Positions 23,652 through 31,727 of a stretch of 32,000 nucleotides of DNA are shown here, one piece after another (position 1 is the first letter of the stretch; every line of letters begins with the position of its first letter). Both the position numbers and the translations under genes were made by a program. Origin of the DNA: Halomicrobium mukohataei DSM 12286 (lineage in GTDB: Archaea; Halobacteriota; Halobacteria; Halobacteriales; Haloarculaceae); the NCBI RefSeq assembly GCF_000023965.1, contig NC_013202.1, forward strand, positions 90,001 to 122,000. Reading direction: 5' to 3'. Below the pieces are notes generated by a model that did no database searches, was not told the DNA's origin, and saw only the letters and a program-made list of their open reading frames with translations.

Positions 23652-25129
23652 GCGCCACCACCTCGACCGGCGGCGGCCCCGTCGTCGGCGTCCGATCCGG
23701 CGGCGTCCGAACGGGGGTCGATGGCGTCACGGATCCCGTCGCCCAGCGCGTTGAAGCCCGTGACCACCAGCGTGATGAGCAGGCCCGGAATCAGCGAGAT
23801 GTGCCACGAGCCGGTGTCGACGTACTCCTGGCCGAGGTTGACCGCGCGACCCCACTCCGGGGTCGGCGGGGAGACGCCGAGTCCCAGGAAGGAGAGCCCG
23901 GCGATGGCGATGATCGCCCCGCCCAGCGTCATCGACCCGTAGATCAGCAGGTAGCCCGTGATGTAGGGCAACATGTGCTGGCGCATGATCGTGCGGGGGC
24001 GCTGCCCGAAGCTCTTTGCCGCGTCGATCCACTGTCGTTCCGAGACCTGTAGTGCGGGTCCGCGCAGCGAGCGCCACATGTACGTCCAGCCCGTGAACGC
24101 GAAGATCAGCGCCAGTAAGAAGGCACCGCTGTACAGCCCCGCCACCCAGGTGTCTTTGAGCACCGTCGTGAGCATGATCAACAACAGCAACTGCGGCATC
24201 GCCATCACCCCGTCGGAGACGAGCACCATCCCGAGGTCGACACGGCCCTTGTAGTACGCGCCGATCAGCGCCAGCGACGTGGCGACGCCGACGCTGAGCC
24301 CGACCGACAGCAGGCCGATCACCAGCGAGATGCGCGACCCGACGGCGATAAACGTAAAGAGGTCTCGCCCGGTCGGGAGCGTCCCGAACGGGTGGAAGCG
24401 CCCGAAGTCGTCGTACTCCATCGGTCCGACGCGTTCCTCGCCGTCGCCCCGGGACTGGGACGCGAGGTTGGCCTCGCCGACGAGGATCGTCTCGACGGAG
24501 TCGGTCTCGGCGTCCCAGTAGGTGAGTTCGTTGTCGTAGGAGTTGCGCATGTTCTTGTCGACGGTCGTCGGTCCGAGCGCGGGGGCGAACACCGCCATGA
24601 CGACGAACATGAACACGACCGCCAGTCCGAACAGTCCCCAGCCGTGGTTGCGGAACCGATCGATCACGTCGTCTCGGGGCGTCCAGTCGGCGGCCCGGTA
24701 CTCGCGGCGGTAGAGCCGGTAGCCGAGCACCGCCCAGCCCGCGACCGCGAGCGCGTAGAGGTAGATCAGGGCGACGCGAATCCCCCAGGCGACCTCGGGC
24801 CGGAGTCCGAGGAACGTCCCGACCCACCGCTGGCCGTTCCAGTACCCCTCGTTGGGGACGGTTTCGCGGGACAGCAGCGTCGGGAGCTGGCGGGCCGCGG
24901 CCTCGATCCCCTCGACGAAGCCGACGCCGGGGAGGGACGCGGCCGCCAGTGTGTCACTCAGAATTGCCACGAGGAACGTCGCGAGCGCACCGACTTCGAG
25001 CGCGAGCAGTCCAGCGCCCAGACCGACCCAGACGAGCGTCGGCGACTCGGTCGGCAGGATCGTCGACGCCGTCTCCGGCGTGACCTCGTCGTCGGCGGCG
25101 TCCGAAGACGGCCCGTGTGCGCCGGCCAT
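23648..25129 (-). CDS. ABC transporter permease, DppC/OppC type, with about 150-aa N-terminal extension (493 aa)
   Basis: The core starts near FRNHGWGLFGLAVVFMFVVMAVFAPALGP. The EAA-loop region is AAKSFGQRPRTIMRQHMLPYITG. Confidence 0.9.
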   Translation of the reverse strand: MAGAHGPSSDAADDEVTPETASTILPTESPTLVWVGLGAGLLALEVGALATFLVAILSDTLAAASLPGVGFVEGIEAAARQLPTLLSRETVPNEGYWNGQRWVGTFLGLRPEVAWGIRVALIYLYALAVAGWAVLGYRLYRREYRAADWTPRDDVIDRFRNHGWGLFGLAVVFMFVVMAVFAPALGPTTVDKNMRNSYDNELTYWDAETDSVETILVGEANLASQSRGDGEERVGPMEYDDFGRFHPFGTLPTGRDLFTFIAVGSRISLVIGLLSVGLSVGVATSLALIGAYYKGRVDLGMVLVSDGVMAMPQLLLLIMLTTVLKDTWVAGLYSGAFLLALIFAFTGWTYMWRSLRGPALQVSERQWIDAAKSFGQRPRTIMRQHMLPYITGYLLIYGSMTLGGAIIAIAGLSFLGLGVSPPTPEWGRAVNLGQEYVDTGSWHISLIPGLLITLVVTGFNALGDGIRDAIDPRSDAAGSDADDGAAAGRGGGA

Positions 25130-25130
25130 C

Positions 25131-26150
25131 TCAGGCCCCCTCCAGTCCGACCCGCGGATCGATCACCGTGTACAGCACGTCCTGCAGGAGGTTGACGCCG
25201 ACGATCAACAGGATGAACACGTACATCAGCGTCCCGACCAGCGGGAGGTCTCCCTGTGTCGCAGCGTTGAAAAAGAGGAGCCCGATCCCGTTGATGCTGA
25301 AGACGGTCTCGACGAGGACGCTGCCGCCGATCAACAGGAACGCCTCGCTGGTGATGATCGGGACCAGCGGAATCAGGGCGTTCCGGAAGATGTGCTTCCA
25401 GACCAGCGCCCGTTCGGAGACGCCCTTGGCCCTCGCGAGATCGACGTAGTCCTCGTTGCGAACCTCGAGGACGGCCGTGCGGCCGATCCGCATCTCGTTG
25501 CCCATCGAGGCCGAACCGAGGACGATCGCCGCCGGGAGCACCTTCTTCGTCGCCGCGAGGAAGCCCTCGACGGTGTGGAGCCGCGAGAGGTCGGGACTGC
25601 CGGTCAGAGCGTCGAGTTCGATCCACAGCGACTGCCAGTCGAAGCCGAAGATCGCCTGTGAACTGCCGAGCACGGCCAGCAGCATGATCCCGAGCCAGAA
25701 GTTCGGCATGGCCCGCCAGACGATCCCGCCCATCGAGGCGACGTAGTCAGACGCGGTGTTCGAGCGCATCCCCGCGTAGAAGCCGAGCGGAACGCCGATA
25801 CACACCGCGATCAGGACCGACCAGAACCCGAGCCACAGCGTCCGAGGCAGGAAATCGAGAATCAGGGCGTTCACGTCCGAGCCCTGGTACAACAGCCACG
25901 TCTGCCCCAGATCGAACGTCAGCAGACTCCCCATCCAGTCGAAGTAGTGCTGGAGCGGGGGCTGATCGAGCCCGAGCTGGGTCCGTGCGGCCTCGTAGGC
26001 CGCCGGGTTCTGTGTCTGGCCCTCACTGAGCAGTCGGGTCGCCGGATCGATCGGCCCCAGGTAGATGATCGCCCACGTCATCGTCGTCCCGAGCCAGACG
26101 ACCGGGACGGACAGCGCCACCCGTTTGGCGATGTATCGGAGTCGGCTCAC
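25131..26150 (-). CDS. ABC transporter permease, DppB/OppB type (339 aa)
   Basis: GTG start with MSRLRYIAKRVALSVPVVWLGTTMTWAIIY. EAA loop DYVDLARAKGVSERALVWKHIFRNALIPL. The stop lies 1 nt from the next gene's start. Confidence 0.92.
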   Translation of the reverse strand: MSRLRYIAKRVALSVPVVWLGTTMTWAIIYLGPIDPATRLLSEGQTQNPAAYEAARTQLGLDQPPLQHYFDWMGSLLTFDLGQTWLLYQGSDVNALILDFLPRTLWLGFWSVLIAVCIGVPLGFYAGMRSNTASDYVASMGGIVWRAMPNFWLGIMLLAVLGSSQAIFGFDWQSLWIELDALTGSPDLSRLHTVEGFLAATKKVLPAAIVLGSASMGNEMRIGRTAVLEVRNEDYVDLARAKGVSERALVWKHIFRNALIPLVPIITSEAFLLIGGSVLVETVFSINGIGLLFFNAATQGDLPLVGTLMYVFILLIVGVNLLQDVLYTVIDPRVGLEGA

Positions 26151-26228
26151 GGTCGTTCACCCCGGCCGCGGTACCCCATCGCCCGAACGAAACCATATCC
26201 TCGAAGATACATGTATGAGAGCAGTCGG

Positions 26229-28160
26229 TTACTCGCCTTTCGTGACCTGATCGAACGTCTGGTTGCCCATGACGCCGTGCATCTCGACGTCAACGTACTC
26301 CTGCCAGAACCGCTGTGCGACGGGGTTGACCGTCGGGAGTTCCTGGACGGAGGCCCAGTTCATCTCCTCGACGGTCTGGAAGGCCTCGTTGCGAGACTGC
26401 TGGGTCGAGTCGTCGGGCTGGTACTTGTTCTCCCAGGCGTCCATCGCGGTCTGGCGGTACTCCTCGGTGTAGAAGCTGCCCTCGGCTCCCCAGCGGGTGA
26501 ACTGCGAGCCGGGGTTGTTCCCCCAGAGGAATCGCAGGAAGTTCTGTGGGCCGGGGTACTCCATCCCGTCGCCGAGGCCGAACACTTCCATGTCGCCGTT
26601 GATCGCGCGGCTGATGATCGTCCCGAACTGGGACTCCTCGATGCTCATGTCGATGTAGGCCGACCGGAGCTTCGACTGGAGGCGGGTGAACACGGAGCCG
26701 TAGGCGCTGTCGCCCGCGATCGTCGTCGCGGTGATCTCGTAGCGGTCGTTCTCGCCGTAGCCCGCCTGCTCCATCACCGACCGGGCCTCGTCCAGTAGCG
26801 TCTCGCCGTAGCCGTACGGGTAGCCGTCGGCCCCGAACTCGGTGACCGACTGATAGCCGTTCTCGGCGTGACGGTCGTACGTCTCGGCGCTGCTGACGCC
26901 GTCCTCGAAGGTCGGGTACGCCGCCGGTGGCGTCATGTGGTAGGCCGGCTGTCCGGTGCCCTTGTAGACGTTCTTCGCGATCTCGTCCTGGTTCATCGCG
27001 TAGGCGAACGCGCGCCGGACCGGGAGCGGGACCTCCAGACAGTTGAACACGATGTACTCGGTTCGGAGCGCCGGGATCTCGCCGTAGTTGACCGTCGTGC
27101 CGTCGTCGAAGGTGTAGGTCCCGACCGAGCGGCTCCCGCTGGTCTCCTCGATGGAGACGCTCTCGGGGTTGAACGCGGCGGTCGAGATGTCCTCTTGCAT
27201 GAGGTCGGCGTTACCGTTCTGGAAGCGGCTAAAGCGCGTGTTAGCGCTCTCGACGACGGTGATCGTGACGCCGTCGAGTTCCGGACCCTCGCCGTAGTAG
27301 TCGTCGAAGGCCGTCAGGCGGAGCGCGTCGCCCTTGTTCCACTCGTCGACTTCGAACGGACCGAGGCCGGCGTAGGCGGGGCCATCGCCCGCCGTACTGA
27401 AGAACTCGTTGTACTCGTACTCGCCGTCGTACCCGTCGACGTCGCCGACCGAGCCGGCGGGGAGGATCGCGAACGTGCCCCCGGCGATCTGTGAGAGGGT
27501 GTACTGGAACGGCGAGGCGAGCGTGAACTCGAAGGTGTAGTCGTCGACGGCGTCGACCGCGAGCGAGCCGGGGACGTAGTCGGCCAGGCTCTCCTCGTCT
27601 GCGGGCTCGGTCCGGGACGCGTCCTTCTCGTGGTCGATCGTCATCGTCTCGCCGATGATGTCGTCGCGGTTCCGAGAGTTCTCGGAGCCGGCGAGACGAC
27701 GGAACGAGTAGACCACGTCGTCGGCGGTGAGCTCGGTCCCGTCGTGGAAGGAGACGCCCTGTTTGAGCTGGAAGGTGTATGTCAGCCCGTCGTCGGACAT
27801 CGAGTAGTCCTCGATGACCGCACCTTCCGGCGGGTACTCCCCGTTCGGGAAGTCGAGCAGAGAGCTGCCGTACTGGTTGAATCCGACGCCCGATCCCTTG
27901 GCGTTGATCGGGTCGAGCGTCTGAACTGGCCCCGGAGACATCATCTGGAGCGTGTTGCTCACCGACGACGTGCTGTCGTCGGAAGCGTCGGAGGGCTCGG
28001 CGGACTCGTCGCCGCCGTCGTCCGTGCTGTCGGTCGGTTCGTCCGTCGCGGTGGACTCTTCGGACGGGCCACTGGAACAACCTGCGAGCGCTGTGGCTGC
28101 ACCGGCACCAGCAACCGTCAGAAAGCCTCGCCGCGTCGTATCCTCAGGCATCACGTCCAT
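26229..28160 (-). CDS. ABC transporter substrate-binding lipoprotein, family 5 (peptide/oligosaccharide type), Tat-exported (643 aa)
   Basis: Twin-arginine signal plus lipobox: TTRRGFLTVAGAGAATALAGCSS. A long acidic Ser/Asp/Thr linker comes next, then a family-5 SBP-like body (LQMMSPGPVQTLDPINAKG...). Confidence 0.9.
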   Translation of the reverse strand: MDVMPEDTTRRGFLTVAGAGAATALAGCSSGPSEESTATDEPTDSTDDGGDESAEPSDASDDSTSSVSNTLQMMSPGPVQTLDPINAKGSGVGFNQYGSSLLDFPNGEYPPEGAVIEDYSMSDDGLTYTFQLKQGVSFHDGTELTADDVVYSFRRLAGSENSRNRDDIIGETMTIDHEKDASRTEPADEESLADYVPGSLAVDAVDDYTFEFTLASPFQYTLSQIAGGTFAILPAGSVGDVDGYDGEYEYNEFFSTAGDGPAYAGLGPFEVDEWNKGDALRLTAFDDYYGEGPELDGVTITVVESANTRFSRFQNGNADLMQEDISTAAFNPESVSIEETSGSRSVGTYTFDDGTTVNYGEIPALRTEYIVFNCLEVPLPVRRAFAYAMNQDEIAKNVYKGTGQPAYHMTPPAAYPTFEDGVSSAETYDRHAENGYQSVTEFGADGYPYGYGETLLDEARSVMEQAGYGENDRYEITATTIAGDSAYGSVFTRLQSKLRSAYIDMSIEESQFGTIISRAINGDMEVFGLGDGMEYPGPQNFLRFLWGNNPGSQFTRWGAEGSFYTEEYRQTAMDAWENKYQPDDSTQQSRNEAFQTVEEMNWASVQELPTVNPVAQRFWQEYVDVEMHGVMGNQTFDQVTKGE

Positions 28161-28263
28161 CTGTCTAACCCGTAGGTAACTGTGTTGCTATTATCAACCT
28201 ATATTTCCTTATAGATTTCCATTGATAGCCAGATTCTATATAGAGTTACCAAAGTAGTCGATA
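28161..28263. promoter_or_regulatory. AT-rich divergent promoter region between the ABC operon and the acidic-protein/phosphoesterase operon
   Basis: This is the lowest-GC stretch of the window. The palindromic TATA CTATATAG (28235-28242) serves the plus-strand operon. GATAATAG on the minus strand (about 28187-28194) lies about 30 nt upstream of ATG 28160. A 7-bp inverted repeat GGTAACT (28175-28181) / AGTTACC (28244-28250) flanks the region. Confidence 0.5.
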
Positions 28264-28767
28264 GTGGAAACGTACTTGTACAGCCACGGGAAACGAGAAC
28301 CGATGTCGGAGAACGCCAACGAGTGGGGTCGAACCCTGGAGACCGCCACGGAGATGGCCGACGAGCTCCGGTCCGAGGGGTGGTCCGTCGAGACCGTCCG
28401 CGCGGCCCACGTCGCACCGGAGCCGCCGTCACACGGCGAGACCGATCGGTTTGGGTTCGTCTACCTGGCGCAGGGCGAGGTCGCCGACGACGTTCGATCG
28501 GCCGTCGCCGAGGGCGAGTTCGACGGCTACGAACTGTTCACACACCGGGACGGCTCGGACCTGTACGCGGTGACGCGACTGACCGATCGGGACCGAGACC
28601 TGGCAGTGTTGCTGGTCGGCGCGATCGACCTCACGACGGCCGGTGAGCTGGCCGCCGTGGCGCGGGACCGCGGCGAGATGTACTCTCACGTCAAGCTGGT
28701 CGACGGTACCCACCTGGCGACGTTCCGCCACGACGACGCCGACCCCTTCTTCCCGGAGGACGTATGA
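28264..28767 (+). CDS. Conserved acidic cytoplasmic protein of unknown function (167 aa, or 154 aa from ATG 28303)
   Basis: The coherent acidic ORF ends in an ATGA overlap with the metallophosphoesterase gene. A TCTATATAG box at 28234-28243 lies about 26 nt upstream of GTG 28264, so a leaderless start there is plausible. ATG 28303 (MSENANEW) is the alternative. Confidence 0.65.
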   Translation: METYLYSHGKREPMSENANEWGRTLETATEMADELRSEGWSVETVRAAHVAPEPPSHGETDRFGFVYLAQGEVADDVRSAVAEGEFDGYELFTHRDGSDLYAVTRLTDRDRDLAVLLVGAIDLTTAGELAAVARDRGEMYSHVKLVDGTHLATFRHDDADPFFPEDV

Positions 28768-29702
28768 CCGAGTTCGACGACGCCGGGCCGGTCGTGGCCC
28801 GACTGGACGAGCCACGCGGGGACCACACGCGCTTTGCGGTACTGGCCGACCCACACGTCTCGACGCGCGAATCGGGCACGTCGAAGCTGTTCGAACACAC
28901 GCTCGACCACCTGGAAGCGGCCGTCGCGGACATCGGCCGCCGCGACGTCGACGCCGTCCTCTCGCCGGGCGACCTGACGAAAGACGGCGAGCCCTGGAAC
29001 TACGACGCCGTCGACGAGGCGCTGTCGGAGCTCGATGTCCCGTTCTATGCCGTCCCCGGCAACCACGACGTACCGAAGGTCAGAGACGAACACGACCCCC
29101 TCTCCGTCGAGGCGTTCGCCGACCGCTACGGCCCCGGCGAACTCCCGTACCACGCCGAGGTCGGCGGTCTGGACGTGATCGGCCTCAACACTGCCGGCAC
29201 GGCAGACCGGCTGTACGAGAGCCACGAGGGACGGGTCACCGAGGCGACGCTGGACTGGCTCGACGAGACCCTGGCCGAGGCGGAGACGCCCGTGGTCCTC
29301 CTCCACCACAACCTCCCGTCGGTGAGCGATCAGATCGACGCCCACCGGGAGATCGAGCCCGAGATGGTCGAGATCCCGGCGATGGCCGACGCGGACCCGC
29401 TGGCCGAGACACTCGCCGACGGCGGGGCACAGCTCCTCCTCAGCGGCCACTATCACCTGCCCGCGACCGGCGAGTACCACGGGCTCCGAGAGATCGCCGC
29501 GCCGACGACCTGCTCGTTCCCGCAGTCGTATCTCCTCTGTGAGACGACGCCGGAAGGGACGACGGTCCGGCTCGTCCCGATCGCCGACGAGGTCGGACTG
29601 GAGACCGCACACGCCCGCCGGAGCGGCGACTCCGCGACCGCGAAGGGTCTGACCGCGATCGCCGCCGCTCGGCTGGCCTCGTTCCCGCTGGTCAGCGAGT
29701 GA
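28764..29702 (+). CDS. Metallophosphoesterase (calcineurin-like), 312 aa
   Basis: All signature blocks appear in order: VLADPHV, SPGDLTKDG, VPGNHDV, VLLHHNL, LSGHYH. Confidence 0.87.
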   Translation: MTEFDDAGPVVARLDEPRGDHTRFAVLADPHVSTRESGTSKLFEHTLDHLEAAVADIGRRDVDAVLSPGDLTKDGEPWNYDAVDEALSELDVPFYAVPGNHDVPKVRDEHDPLSVEAFADRYGPGELPYHAEVGGLDVIGLNTAGTADRLYESHEGRVTEATLDWLDETLAEAETPVVLLHHNLPSVSDQIDAHREIEPEMVEIPAMADADPLAETLADGGAQLLLSGHYHLPATGEYHGLREIAAPTTCSFPQSYLLCETTPEGTTVRLVPIADEVGLETAHARRSGDSATAKGLTAIAAARLASFPLVSE

Positions 29703-29712
29703 CTGGCGGCAC

Positions 29713-29792
29713 ATACTGCCGGCTGTAAATCTGTCACGGATTTCGCCATCCCGGGGTGGCGAATATCTGAACGAAGTTACAGCCGGCAGTAT
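29713..29792. repeat. 80-bp palindromic element, copy B
   Basis: Perfect 16-nt arms: ATACTGCCGGCTGTAA (29713-29728) and TTACAGCCGGCAGTAT (29777-29792). Inner stem TTCGCCA-TCCCGGGG-TGGCGAA. The last base is part of the TGA stop (minus strand) of the 29792-30457 gene. Confidence 0.9.
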
Positions 29793-30457
29793 CAGGTCTC
29801 GGGCTCGTCCTGGCAGTCACAGCCGCCGTTCGTGAGCAGTTCGTCGGCGCTGTACTGGGTCCCACAGTCCTGGCAGAACACCTGTACGTCGACGAAGACG
29901 CTGAAGTTCCCGATCGTGATGCGGTCGGTGTTGTGGAGGCTTTCGAGGTTGTTGCGGACGACGGCCTGGGTCCGACTGACCAGTCGCCTGATCGACTCCG
30001 CGGTCTTCTCGATCTGTGAGCTGTCGGACCGCTCCTCGCTGGGCTTGGAGACGCCCCGCTCGTCGGTGAGGTAGGTGTAGATGCTCTGGTGGGAGACGAA
30101 CGACGCGCGGAGCGATTCGAGGTCGATACCGCGCTGTTCGAGGCGCGTCTCGACCTCCGCTCGCGTCCCGGTCCCCACGTCGTCGTCGGTGAGGAGTTCG
30201 TAGGTGTTCTCGATCTCGCCGTCGACGTATGCTTCGTCGGCCCGGTCGTGGGCGGCCGCCAGCAGCCGCTGGTTGAACCAGTCCGCCAGCTCCCGGAGGC
30301 TGTACTGTTCGTCACCGGTCCCCAGCCAGTACTCTTCGAGTTGCTGGCCGACGCCGTCGAGTTCCCACTCGTCGATCAGCCTGGCGACTTTGCTCACCGC
30401 GTCTCCCTCCGAACTGTGACAGCGTTCATACGCGCATCTACCGAGAGAGTGCCACAT
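29792..30457 (-). CDS. Haloarchaeal RdfA-like protein with C-terminal zinc ribbon (221 aa; alternative GTG start at 30397)
   Basis: The N-terminal SKVARLIDEWELDGVGQQLEEYWLGTGDEQYSLRELADWFNQRLL resembles what I remember of the family annotated as rod-determining factor RdfA. So does the C-terminal VFVDVQVFCQDCGTQYSADELLTNGGCDC. The family assignment is from memory and not verified. Confidence 0.55.
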   Translation of the reverse strand: MWHSLGRCAYERCHSSEGDAVSKVARLIDEWELDGVGQQLEEYWLGTGDEQYSLRELADWFNQRLLAAAHDRADEAYVDGEIENTYELLTDDDVGTGTRAEVETRLEQRGIDLESLRASFVSHQSIYTYLTDERGVSKPSEERSDSSQIEKTAESIRRLVSRTQAVVRNNLESLHNTDRITIGNFSVFVDVQVFCQDCGTQYSADELLTNGGCDCQDEPET

Positions 30458-30502
30458 GAACGTTCGCTTCCGCGGAGTCGACGCGTCCCGTCCGTCGACA
30501 AC

Positions 30503-30510
30503 CCTTAACA
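30503..30510. promoter_or_regulatory. Shared TATA-like box between the RdfA-like gene and dgoD-like gene 2
   Basis: CCTTAACA (TGTTAAGG on the other strand) is centred 27 nt upstream of ATG 30533 and about 49 nt upstream of ATG 30457. Confidence 0.4.
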
Positions 30511-30532
30511 CCGCCGGCCGTCGATGAGGGAC

Positions 30533-31666
30533 ATGACCCGGATCGTCGACTACGAACTGTTCGAGGTGCCGCCGCGCTGGCTGTTCCTGAAGCTCGAAAC
30601 GGCCGACGGAACCACGGGCTGGGGCGAACCCATCCTCGAAGGGCGTGCCGCGACCGTCCGCACCGCCGTCGAGGAGCTACTGGAGGGGTACCTGCTGGGC
30701 GAGGCGGCGGGCCGGATCGAGGATCACTGGCAGACGATGTATCGCGGCGGCTTCTACCGCGGTGGCCCCGTGCTCATGTCGGCGATCGCCGGGATCGACC
30801 AGGCGCTGTGGGACATCGAGGGCAAGCGGACGGATCGGTCGGTCGCCGACCTGCTGGGCGGTTCCACGCGCGAGCACGTCCCGGTCTACAAGAAGCTCGT
30901 CCCGGAGCGCGTCGACAGGATCCCCGAACTGGCGACCGACGCCGTCGAGGCGGGCTACGAGACGCTCAAGCTACTGACGACCTACCAGACCGCCCCGCTG
31001 GAGTCGGGGGCCGACGTCGACGCGATCTGTGAGCACCTGTCGCTCGCTCGCGACGCGGTCGGTCGGGCGGTCGACATCGGGGTCGACCTCCACGGTCACG
31101 TCTCGGCGAGCATGGCCCCGCGGGTGTGCGCCCGGCTCGCGGCGGACGACCCCGCGTTCGTCGAGGAGCCCGTCCGGCCCGAGCACCTGCGGACGCTGGA
31201 TCGGTCGGCCACCCACGACGTTCCGGTGGCGTTCGGCGAACGGCTCTACTCGCGCTGGGAGTTCCGTCCGCACCTCGAAGCGGGGCGGGTCGACATCGTC
31301 CAGCCCGACGTCAGTCACGCGGGCGGGATCACCGAGATCGCGAAGATCGCGTCGATGGCCGAGACCTACGGGGCGCGGGTGATGCCGAGTTGCTCGGTCG
31401 GGCCGATCGCCCACGCGGCCAGCACGCAGCTCAGCCACCACCTCCCGAACGCCGTCACGCAGCCCGACCTGGGCGAGCACTACGTCGACGCCTACGTCGA
31501 CAACGCCGACGAACTGCGCAGCGAGAACGGGCGGGTAACCCTTCCTGATCGGCCCGGCCTCGGCGTCGACGTGAACGAGGCGGGCGTCCGGGACCACGCC
31601 GGCACGGGAAGCGACTGGCGACCGCCGGTCCGACGGTACGACGACGGGAGTTTCGTCGAGTGGTGA
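30533..31666 (+). CDS. Second DgoD-like enolase-superfamily protein (377 aa), diverged paralogue
   Basis: Collinear with the 8365-9513 protein: PPRWLFLKLETADGTTGWGEP, FYRGGPVLMSAIAGIDQALWDIEGK, FVEEP, AFGER, QPDVSHAGG, C-terminal YDDGSFVEW. ATG 30533 (MTRIVDYELF) is preferred to 30524 because a CCTTAACA box is centred 27 nt upstream. Confidence 0.85.
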   Translation: MTRIVDYELFEVPPRWLFLKLETADGTTGWGEPILEGRAATVRTAVEELLEGYLLGEAAGRIEDHWQTMYRGGFYRGGPVLMSAIAGIDQALWDIEGKRTDRSVADLLGGSTREHVPVYKKLVPERVDRIPELATDAVEAGYETLKLLTTYQTAPLESGADVDAICEHLSLARDAVGRAVDIGVDLHGHVSASMAPRVCARLAADDPAFVEEPVRPEHLRTLDRSATHDVPVAFGERLYSRWEFRPHLEAGRVDIVQPDVSHAGGITEIAKIASMAETYGARVMPSCSVGPIAHAASTQLSHHLPNAVTQPDLGEHYVDAYVDNADELRSENGRVTLPDRPGLGVDVNEAGVRDHAGTGSDWRPPVRRYDDGSFVEW

Positions 31667-31696
31667 GTGCTCGCTCGCGGCAGACACTGACAGTGG

Positions 31697-31704
31697 ACTT
31701 ATCC
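31697..31704 (+). promoter_or_regulatory. TATA-like box (ACTTAT type) for iclR 2
   Basis: ACTTATCC, centred 28 nt upstream of ATG 31728 and immediately preceded by the perfect palindrome CACTG-A-CAGTG (31685-31695). Confidence 0.5.
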
Positions 31705-31727
31705 TCGCGCCAGCCCAGCGAGACCGT

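Noticed and set aside
28175-28250. The 7-bp inverted repeat GGTAACT/AGTTACC in the ABC-operon promoter region as a regulator site
   Set aside because: A 7-bp match 60 nt apart in an AT-rich 100-bp region could easily arise by chance. It is mentioned only in the feature evidence.
10381-29712. The palindrome-bracketed 19.3-kb block as an integrated provirus, plasmid or genomic island
   Set aside because: It has no integrase, transposase, tRNA target or direct repeats. There is no visible drop in GC inside the genes, and the cargo is ordinary chromosomal metabolism and transport. Only the weaker rearrangement hypothesis is kept.
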